A stretch of DNA of 64,000 bases from Cellvibrionales bacterium (lineage in GTDB: Bacteria > Pseudomonadota > Gammaproteobacteria > Pseudomonadales > UBA7434), in NCBI GenBank assembly GCA_041941365.1, contig JBGTQK010000001.1:190727-254726 (forward strand), given 5' to 3'. Below, piece after piece: positions 42,636 through 49,871 of this stretch. How positions within the stretch are numbered: position 1 is the stretch's first letter; every line of letters starts with the position of its first letter. The translations under genes and the position numbers were made by a program. The notes beneath the pieces are model-generated. The model worked only from the letters and a program-made list of their open reading frames with translations, was not told the origin of the DNA and did no database searches.

Positions 42636-43109
42636 ATGAAACTTTATTCAAAAGTGCGTACACCTTGTATTGGTGTATGTTCAACAGGCCTGGGTGATTC
42701 GGTGTGTCGAGGTTGTAAACGCTTTGAGCATGAAGTCATTGATTGGAATAGCTATTCTATGCCCCAAAAATGGGCTATCGATAACAGGCTCGCTCATTTA
42801 CTCAAACAGGTAGTCTCTTCGCATTTAACGTTAGTAGATGAAGCGTTATTGTTACAGCAAATGCAATTACAGCAAATTCGCTTTTCAGAACACCGGTGTG
42901 GTTATTGCGCCTTGTTTGAGCTGCTTAGAGCTGGTGCAAGTCAGATTAACGATTTCTCTGAGTATGGTTTTAGTATTAATAAGGTATCGGAGCGATTGTC
43001 GTTGATTCAAATCAGAGACGCTATTGATAAAGAGTTTTATCAATTATCTGTCGCGCATTTTGAACGTTATATAGTGGCAAATCAGTATCGAGCCAAGTGT
43101 ATAACCTAA
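42636..43109 (+). CDS. DUF1289 (Cys-rich, putative Fe-S/metal-binding) domain protein with a long C-terminal extension
   Basis: TPCIGVCSTGLGDSVCRGCKRFEHEVIDWN matches the DUF1289 pattern C-x-G-x-C...C-x-G-C-x-R...E...W. About 110 further residues are unassigned. I prefer ATG 42636 to TTG 42633. Confidence 0.65.
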   Translation: MKLYSKVRTPCIGVCSTGLGDSVCRGCKRFEHEVIDWNSYSMPQKWAIDNRLAHLLKQVVSSHLTLVDEALLLQQMQLQQIRFSEHRCGYCALFELLRAGASQINDFSEYGFSINKVSERLSLIQIRDAIDKEFYQLSVAHFERYIVANQYRAKCIT

Positions 43110-43131
43110 AATTGTTTTTCGATATCTGTAT

Positions 43132-43797
43132 TTATTCATTGCTCATTGCATCACTAACCAGGCGTAAATAAAGCGCTGCATGCTCTGGAAAAGGTTGAAT
43201 AGACCCATCTTTAAAATTGATTCCTGCAAAGCGAAAATTTCTATCTGCGCTTGCTGCCCAATAACTACTGGCTTTGGTGTTAGGAAAAAGACAAGAGCAA
43301 ATTAAAGGACCAGGTTCAGGGTAACTTGGATCGACCAGTTTTTTGAGTTCGTCCACTGATGGAACACGCCAATTAGAAAGGCCACACCATTTTTCCTGAT
43401 TTGCTTTTTTTATATAATTATTCACATAGCAACCGCTGATACCTGCGCAACTACCTTCTTTAGCATTCAAAGCGCTATTTTGGTTGTTTATCCATGTATA
43501 TGTCCAGCCACCATAGTGAATACCTTCATGCAGGCTTTTATTTTCCCAGACCAGGCCAGTTTTCGGGTCTTTTACACATAACCATGGTCCATCTTTTTCA
43601 TCCACTGTATTCCCGTTAGATGATAGCTTTTGCCAGTCTTTATATTGTTCTCTTTCTAAAAAAGAACTTTTATTAAAAAGTGAAGGTAATTGCGTGAAAA
43701 GTATAACTGCAATAAAAAGTATAAATACAAAAGTGCTGGAGAGGAAATAAAAAGGTTTCATTACATATACTTTTTCATTTATTAATTTTCGGTCCAT
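43132..43797 (-). CDS. membrane-anchored DUF1566 (Lcl C-terminal-like) domain protein
   Basis: 221 aa. N-terminal anchor (FYFLSSTFVFILFIAVILF). Motifs GLVWENK...WTY and CGLSNWRVPSVDELKKLVD are typical of DUF1566. An alternative start at M13 (43761) would remove the 16-nt overlap with the upstream gene. Confidence 0.65.
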   Translation of the reverse strand: MDRKLINEKVYVMKPFYFLSSTFVFILFIAVILFTQLPSLFNKSSFLEREQYKDWQKLSSNGNTVDEKDGPWLCVKDPKTGLVWENKSLHEGIHYGGWTYTWINNQNSALNAKEGSCAGISGCYVNNYIKKANQEKWCGLSNWRVPSVDELKKLVDPSYPEPGPLICSCLFPNTKASSYWAASADRNFRFAGINFKDGSIQPFPEHAALYLRLVSDAMSNE

Positions 43798-45401
43798 TTA
43801 AGTGTTAATGGCCATAAATGGTAACTATGCCGCGTTTGTGCATGATCGAATGTAGCAACCCATATAAATGTTCCAGATTGAATAGGGGTATCAAAAGGTG
43901 AATCGCTATTGAGTGCTCTTGACATTTCCAGATTCCAGTAACCATTTTTCCATGTTCCAAATGCACCGACATTGCCTCGATCACCTTCGAAATTACCTTT
44001 ATGAATAATGCCCTCTATACGAGTACCGATTGGGATTCTTTTATCAAGATGGAAGTTGTAATTGTCGCCATCTGACCAGCGCATCCATGTTTTTATCGGT
44101 GGCTCATCTGCAGTCAGGCCCAGAGTTTTAGGTAGTCTTAATGGAGTAACAGTTTCAGCATAGCGGTCTTTAAAGTAATCATAATTATGGGCATAACCAC
44201 CACTAAGTGATGGATCGCTTGCATAACCGGCTGTATATCTTGGCGAGCATGAGAGTGGTAGCTTCTTTTGCCCGAAATAACTATCATCTGCTTGCTGAAG
44301 AGTATTGCTACGCACAGCTTTCCATTGCCATATATCTAACGTTTCATTAAAGCTTGTGTAATGGTATCCACGCTGGTGCCTTGGTTCCGGAGCATTGGCA
44401 ATGGAGTTGGCACCTAAATGGATACTGTGCAGAGCTGAAAATTTTGACGTATTAGACAGCATAACAGCGAATTTATCTTCATAGAATGTGCGTTCATCAT
44501 CATTTAAAAATCCATCACTTTCAACTCGCCATCCTTCTTTAGACTTAATTAATGGAAGGTGATTAATGCTTTTATCTTTGTCTGGCCAGCGAAAGGCAAG
44601 ATACAGCCGCTCAGAATCTTTTACAGCTCGCACTTCAACAGAAATTACTTTAGCTGTATTGCCATATCTTGTATTAATCATAATCGGTTGTGTGAGTTCC
44701 CATGCTTCGTCAGTAAGCATGCCATCAATGATTGGAGGAGAAGGGGCTTCTGCTACATAAAGTGTATTTCCAAACGTATTGAATAAAATCAAAAAAAATG
44801 GAAAAGCAACAGTTAATGCCAGGCAGGCATACCAGAGCTTTTTACTCTGATTTTTTGTTGTGAAAGTCACTATGCTGAGTAAATGTTTAACATGTTTGGC
44901 AGCTATTACACTAATAACATGCAGTAAGAAATAAAATGCGATTACCCACGAAAAAAACTGATGAACGTTGGCAAGCATTATAAAACTGGAGCTATGTTCC
45001 TGACTTAGAATAAATCCGCTGATACATTGTATCGCTAATAAGAATATCCCAAACCAGATAACAAATTTGTTTTGTTTGCTCTTGAAGGATTCATGGATAT
45101 TAAACAGTAAATATTTGAATCGGCCTGTGAAAACAATGTAAATCAGGTAAGCCAGTAAAAAGGTTCCAACTAATTTACCACTGGCAATATGCCAATCAAA
45201 AACTGTTCCTTGCAGTAAAGCCTTATCCCATAGTAAATCGATTTTATTGTTTATTTCTTGCTCCAGATTGCGATCTTTTGCAATCCGGTGCCCGGATAAA
45301 AAGCATATTACAACTGTTAGGACAATGCTCCAGTGAAAAGCAATAACAGCCAATCCGTTTTTTGGCGTCAATGTTTCAGATTTTGTATTACTTTTGATCA
45401 C
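43782..45401 (-). CDS. cytochrome b561-type membrane domain fused to a DOMON-like haem-binding (ethylbenzene dehydrogenase gamma / EB_dh) domain
   Basis: 539 aa. It has five predicted TM helices with conserved His residues (AFHWSIV, SGHRI, DWHIA, NVHQFF, LLHVISV). The soluble domain reads IDGMLTDEAWE...VEVRAVKDSERLYLAFRWPDKDKS...DIWQWKAVRSN...GYWNLEMSRAL. Family assignment is by motif recognition only. Confidence 0.65.
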   Translation of the reverse strand: MIKSNTKSETLTPKNGLAVIAFHWSIVLTVVICFLSGHRIAKDRNLEQEINNKIDLLWDKALLQGTVFDWHIASGKLVGTFLLAYLIYIVFTGRFKYLLFNIHESFKSKQNKFVIWFGIFLLAIQCISGFILSQEHSSSFIMLANVHQFFSWVIAFYFLLHVISVIAAKHVKHLLSIVTFTTKNQSKKLWYACLALTVAFPFFLILFNTFGNTLYVAEAPSPPIIDGMLTDEAWELTQPIMINTRYGNTAKVISVEVRAVKDSERLYLAFRWPDKDKSINHLPLIKSKEGWRVESDGFLNDDERTFYEDKFAVMLSNTSKFSALHSIHLGANSIANAPEPRHQRGYHYTSFNETLDIWQWKAVRSNTLQQADDSYFGQKKLPLSCSPRYTAGYASDPSLSGGYAHNYDYFKDRYAETVTPLRLPKTLGLTADEPPIKTWMRWSDGDNYNFHLDKRIPIGTRIEGIIHKGNFEGDRGNVGAFGTWKNGYWNLEMSRALNSDSPFDTPIQSGTFIWVATFDHAQTRHSYHLWPLTLKWTEN

Positions 45402-45483
45402 TATTTTTTACGCGTAAATAATCTTATGACACTTTTGTTTCAGTATTGAAAAAAAGTATGTGAAGTTTCCATGATGACAGTTC

Positions 45484-45517
45484 TTTTCATATAAATTTCA
45501 TATTCGAGTAGTATAAA
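45484..45517 (+). promoter_or_regulatory. candidate PhoB-dependent promoter: Pho-box-like direct repeat plus -10
   Basis: TTTTCAT-ATAA-ATTTCAT (45484-45501) is two 7-mers on an 11-bp period with an A/T spacer. It matches 14 of 18 positions of the E. coli consensus CTGTCATAWAWCTGTCAY. TATAAA (45512-45517) lies exactly 10 nt downstream, the canonical Pho-promoter geometry, and about 140 nt upstream of the phosphoesterase gene. Confidence 0.35.
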
Positions 45518-45654
45518 AAATGGCGGTAGAAAAGGCTATTCATATACCAACTTCAACAATGAATTCAAAGTTATAACAGTGGATTCTGATTGACACATTA
45601 CACCGAAATTAACTTTTAAAGCCCAAGCTTAATCGATAGGAATATTACAATCAT

Positions 45655-48600
45655 ATGTACAAGCATTCCGTTAAATTATTTTCTCATTTTTTATTTGCTC
45701 TTCTTATTTCTTCTCAAGTAAATGCTTATACAGATTTGTACCGATTAGTCTGGACGGATGATCCGTCCTCTACGATGACTATTGGCTGGCGTCAGGGCAG
45801 TGGCAGTTTTACCGAAGTAAAGTATCGTGTGAAAGGAAGCCTGGCTATCTGGCAATCGAATACCAGCCTTACTCAATACAATTATCAAAATACTGTGAAT
45901 GGTACTTCAGATGTTTTGAATAATTCATTTGTCACCTTAACAGGATTATCTGCTAATACAGATTACGAGTTTACAATATGTGATAGTGATGGCTGTTCTG
46001 ATCGATATATGTGGTTTAGAACATCACCCAATACAGCTCAAACCGTTACCTTTGTTGCTGGTGGTGACTCACGTCGCGATACTTCAACCAATTACGCCAA
46101 AAATGATCAGGCTCGTACAGACGGTTTTAAACTGGTTTCCAAATTGCGACCTACCTTTGTTTTGTTTAGTGGCGACTTCATGAATGACGGAACATTCGAA
46201 GAATGGTTGATCTGGCTGGATGAATGGCAGTTGACTCAAAGTAGTGATGGACGTATGTACCCAATTGTTCCAACGCATGGAAATCACGAAAATGATGCAC
46301 TGGATATGGTTCAGCAGGTGTTTAATGTACAAGGTGTTGTAGGTAATTCAGCATACGGAACTTATAACGCATTGAGCTTCGGAGGAGATTTACTGAGGAT
46401 CTGGACACTCAATACAGAACTGGAGCCAGGAATAGGTTATAGCGCATTTCAAAATCAGAATTCTACAGCCTGGAATGAACAAGCAACATGGTTAGGCAAT
46501 GATCTTGCAGCAAATAGTAACGTACAATGGAAAATTGCTAATTATCACCGCCCGTTGAGACCTCATACATCTGGAAAATCAGAAGGTAACTTACGTTACA
46601 GTGCCTGGGCTCCTCTGTTCGATACTCATGATGTTGATCTGGCAATTGAGTCAGACTCTCATATGGTCAAATACACAGCGCCTGTTAATGCTTCAAGTGG
46701 TGCTGGATCTGATGAAGGTTTTATAGAAGCCGATCATGCCAATAGTGAGCACGGTACTGTATTCATAGGTGAGGGTAGCTGGGGTGCACCAAAACGACCA
46801 ATCGATGACGATAAAGACTGGACAATAATCAGCAACTCATTCTGGCAATTCAAGCATATTACGGTTTCTCCAAGTAATCTTGAGGTTCGTACTGTACGCT
46901 TTGAAAATAGTTCATATCCAAACGGTGTTGATGTGGATGTGGCTGCTCTAACACAACTTGAACAGGATAATGATCCAGCAGCATTACCTACAGGTTTGGA
47001 CTTGTGGTTACCTTTTGAAGGAGATATTCCTCTAACACTCCCTTATAGTGATACATATACAGTTAAAGCCGATGCTAATGAAGTTCCTGTTGATGATAAT
47101 AATGACCCGCAAGCACCAGAGAATGCGCTGTTTTTTACCAATTTTACTGGCGCAGTTGTTGACGGAGCAACAGGGTCGATAGTAACAAGCTATGGCGATA
47201 TTACTCAATTCAGTCAGGCATGTACCGATGCTCCTTGGTATATTTATTCAGGTTCATCAGGTTCGAAAGCGAGTGCCAATGGTTATGCGCCAGGTTCAAC
47301 ACCCGAAAATTGCAGTAACTGGTTATTCTTGCCTCCACAGGACTTGAGTGGCACAGATGCTATTACATTGACATTTGATTCTGATTATAACTTTAACGGA
47401 CCTGATCTGGAGCTTGTATATTCCAGTGATTATGATCCCTCGGTAAATGCGGATCCAGCCAGTGCGACCTGGACCACACTAAGCTGGGATATACCATCCA
47501 CTGGTGGCTACACAGTTGAATCGTCAGGACCAGTTGTTATCTTTGCAGCAGATATTCCGCTGGCTGAGCAAGCTAATGTCACAATCGCTTATCACTACAC
47601 ATCAAATGGTCGTGAAGCAGGCGATGGAAAAATCTGGGAAGTCGATAACATTGCGATCGTAGATGGTGAGCAAGTCGGGGAAGGTGATACCGAAACTATC
47701 ATGTTCTTTACGGACTTTACTGGAGCCGTTGCTGATGGAGTGACTGGTTCTATAGCGACAAGCTATGGTGATATCACGCAATATACTGAAACCTGTTCAG
47801 ATGAATCCTGGTACATCTATCAAAGTTCTAAAGTGAGTGCCAATACGTATTCTCCAGGCGCTACACCAGAAAATTGTAGTCTGTGGCTATTTGTACCCGC
47901 ACAGGATCTCAGTGCTCTTGATGCGATGACCTTAACATTTGATTCTGACTATAACTTTGATGGTCCCGAATTAGAGCTGGTTTATTCAAGCGATTATGAC
48001 CCTCAGGTTAATGCGGATCCTTCAACGGCAAACTGGACTACATTAAATTGGACAAAACCAGCAACAGGTGGTTATACCGTTGCGCCATCTGGGCCTGTAG
48101 TGATTCAGGCGACAGATGTTCCAGTTGCAGAACGCGGTAATGTGACCATTGCCTATCATTACACATCGAATGGCCGTGAAGCAGGTGATGGACGTATCTG
48201 GGAAGTTGATAATATAAAAATTATTGAAGGTGAGGAAGCGCCAGCCCCGGTTGTTGACGATACAGTGCCGGCTAAACCGACAGGTACATTACGTGTTGCT
48301 TCCTTTAACGTTTTACTTGCCAATCGCGGAGCTGGTTCTGAGCCAAGTGATGTTTATGATCCTTCTATAGATCCTGACGCATTAAAAGATGATTTGGTTG
48401 GTGGCAATGATTCTCAAGCGCAAGGCGTAGCTGAAATTATCCAACGAATTAACCCGGATATCATACTACTCAATGAATTTGATTGGGATGCCACAGACGT
48501 TGCTGTCAACTCATTCAGAACAGAATATCTTGAAGTAGCACAGGCAGCTGATACAACGGCAGTTACCTATCCTTATTACTATGTGGCGATATCTAACACA

Positions 48601-49836
48601 GGTGTTCAGCCAGAAAGTGAAGGTGAAGCAGATTGTGATTTCAATGACTCTGGTGTGGGTTGTGGTGTAGCAGGATCGGCAAATGATAACCCTGAAGATG
48701 CATACGGATTTGGCTATTATCCTGGTGCGTTTGGTATGGTTATGTTATCCAAATATCCAATCGATAGTGCAAACGTTAGAACCTTCAGAAAATTCTTATG
48801 GAAGGATATGCCTGCAAATGTTATTCCGGCAGGATGGTATGCTTCTGATGAATTGGATATTTTCCGTGTATCGTCAAAGAGTCACTGGGATATTCCTGTT
48901 AATGTAAACGGTGAAACCGTTCATATTCTCGGTAGTCATCCAACACCACCAGTATTTGACGGCACAGAAGATCGCAATGGTCGACGCAACCATGACGAAA
49001 TACGACTTTGGGAAAATTATGTCAGCGAAACAGGCAGTAACTGTTTTCTGTATGACGACGATAATACAGCTGGTTGTTTAGGTTATGGAAAACGCTTTGT
49101 CGTTGTCGGTGACCAGAATGCAGACCCATCTAACGGAGATAGTTTTGGGTCAGCTATCCTGCAGCTCTTGAATAATCCGTTTATTGATGGAAGTTTCACT
49201 CAAACTGCTAGTGGAGGAGAAGGTCGTACATCCGGGTTAGCTGCAACTGCTGACTTTGGATTACGTGCAGACTATGTTGTACCGGGTAAAGCTGGTCTGA
49301 ACATCCGGATGGATAGCTGTGATAGTGCAGACCCTGGTTTATCTTGTGGTATTTACTGGCCTAGAGTGGGTGATCCTAAACGGGATCTAACAGGAAGCTG
49401 TAGTGATTCAGGGCCAAGCTGTGCGTCTTCGGATCATCGTCTGGTATGGCTTGATCTGGAGATCGTAGCTGACCAGGATAATGATGAAATTCCTGATGAT
49501 ATTGATAATTGTTTGGCTATCAGTAATAACGACCAGCAAGATCTTGACAAAGATGGTCTGGGTACTGTTTGTGATACAGACGATGATAATGACCAAATGG
49601 ATGATGCGTGGGAAGCACTCTATGGCTTTAGTTCTGCCGATCCAAGTGATGCCCTATTAGATACCGATGGAGATGGCGTGATCAATCGCGATGAATTTTT
49701 AAATGATACCAACCCGCTGGTAAATGATGAAGCTGAAGTTCCTTTATTGCCTGTATTAGCGCAATGGTTATTGGGATTAAGCCTGATTTTAGTAGCACGT
49801 CGTTATCTAAGAAAAATTGTTAGTAATGTTCTTTAA
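45655..49836 (+). CDS. secreted multidomain phosphoesterase: FN3-like N-domain + calcineurin-like metallophosphatase, 2 x unassigned 190-aa module, endonuclease/exonuclease/phosphatase (EEP) domain, TSP3-like Ca-binding repeats and a PEP-CTERM-like tail
   Basis: 1393 aa. Signal peptide (aa 1-24). Metallophosphatase motifs GGDSRRD, SGDFMNDG, HGNHEN, YHRPLRPH and SDSHM. EEP motifs LRVASFNVLL, ILLNEFD, VVGDQNADP and SSDHRLVWLDLEI. Asp-rich repeats DQDNDEIPDDIDNC/DLDKDGLGTVCDTDDDND/DTDGDGVINRDEF. Tail VPLLPVLAQWLLGLSLILVARRYLRK. Confidence 0.85.
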   Translation: MYKHSVKLFSHFLFALLISSQVNAYTDLYRLVWTDDPSSTMTIGWRQGSGSFTEVKYRVKGSLAIWQSNTSLTQYNYQNTVNGTSDVLNNSFVTLTGLSANTDYEFTICDSDGCSDRYMWFRTSPNTAQTVTFVAGGDSRRDTSTNYAKNDQARTDGFKLVSKLRPTFVLFSGDFMNDGTFEEWLIWLDEWQLTQSSDGRMYPIVPTHGNHENDALDMVQQVFNVQGVVGNSAYGTYNALSFGGDLLRIWTLNTELEPGIGYSAFQNQNSTAWNEQATWLGNDLAANSNVQWKIANYHRPLRPHTSGKSEGNLRYSAWAPLFDTHDVDLAIESDSHMVKYTAPVNASSGAGSDEGFIEADHANSEHGTVFIGEGSWGAPKRPIDDDKDWTIISNSFWQFKHITVSPSNLEVRTVRFENSSYPNGVDVDVAALTQLEQDNDPAALPTGLDLWLPFEGDIPLTLPYSDTYTVKADANEVPVDDNNDPQAPENALFFTNFTGAVVDGATGSIVTSYGDITQFSQACTDAPWYIYSGSSGSKASANGYAPGSTPENCSNWLFLPPQDLSGTDAITLTFDSDYNFNGPDLELVYSSDYDPSVNADPASATWTTLSWDIPSTGGYTVESSGPVVIFAADIPLAEQANVTIAYHYTSNGREAGDGKIWEVDNIAIVDGEQVGEGDTETIMFFTDFTGAVADGVTGSIATSYGDITQYTETCSDESWYIYQSSKVSANTYSPGATPENCSLWLFVPAQDLSALDAMTLTFDSDYNFDGPELELVYSSDYDPQVNADPSTANWTTLNWTKPATGGYTVAPSGPVVIQATDVPVAERGNVTIAYHYTSNGREAGDGRIWEVDNIKIIEGEEAPAPVVDDTVPAKPTGTLRVASFNVLLANRGAGSEPSDVYDPSIDPDALKDDLVGGNDSQAQGVAEIIQRINPDIILLNEFDWDATDVAVNSFRTEYLEVAQAADTTAVTYPYYYVAISNTGVQPESEGEADCDFNDSGVGCGVAGSANDNPEDAYGFGYYPGAFGMVMLSKYPIDSANVRTFRKFLWKDMPANVIPAGWYASDELDIFRVSSKSHWDIPVNVNGETVHILGSHPTPPVFDGTEDRNGRRNHDEIRLWENYVSETGSNCFLYDDDNTAGCLGYGKRFVVVGDQNADPSNGDSFGSAILQLLNNPFIDGSFTQTASGGEGRTSGLAATADFGLRADYVVPGKAGLNIRMDSCDSADPGLSCGIYWPRVGDPKRDLTGSCSDSGPSCASSDHRLVWLDLEIVADQDNDEIPDDIDNCLAISNNDQQDLDKDGLGTVCDTDDDNDQMDDAWEALYGFSSADPSDALLDTDGDGVINRDEFLNDTNPLVNDEAEVPLLPVLAQWLLGLSLILVARRYLRKIVSNVL
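47131..48233 (+). repeat. intragenic tandem duplication (period 573 nt = 191 aa) inside the 1393-aa gene
   Basis: Copy 1 starts FFTNFTGAVVDGATGSIVTSYGDITQF (nt 47131) and copy 2 starts FFTDFTGAVADGVTGSIATSYGDITQY (nt 47704). Both end ...VTIAYHYTSNGREAGDG(K/R)IWEVDNI. The copies align over their whole length at both protein and DNA level. Confidence 0.9.
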
Positions 49837-49871
49837 TAAATCCCCTAAAATTTAATCTGGAGTATGTAGTT

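Noticed and set aside
45421-45480. Pho-box half-sites oriented toward the cytochrome-fusion gene (reverse-strand CTGTCATCATGG and GTGTCATAAGAT)
   Set aside because: These are single 7-mers without a partner repeat at +11. The spacing between them is 48 bp, which is off the 11-bp helical phasing expected of Pho-box repeats. They are not enough to call PhoB control of the minus-strand operon.
45655-46900. Calling the N-terminal catalytic domain a true purple acid phosphatase
   Set aside because: The FN3-like N-domain and GNHE motif fit. However, the second motif reads GDFMN, not GDxxY, so the Tyr-Fe(III) ligand that defines purple acid phosphatases appears to be missing. I describe it only as a calcineurin-like metallophosphoesterase.
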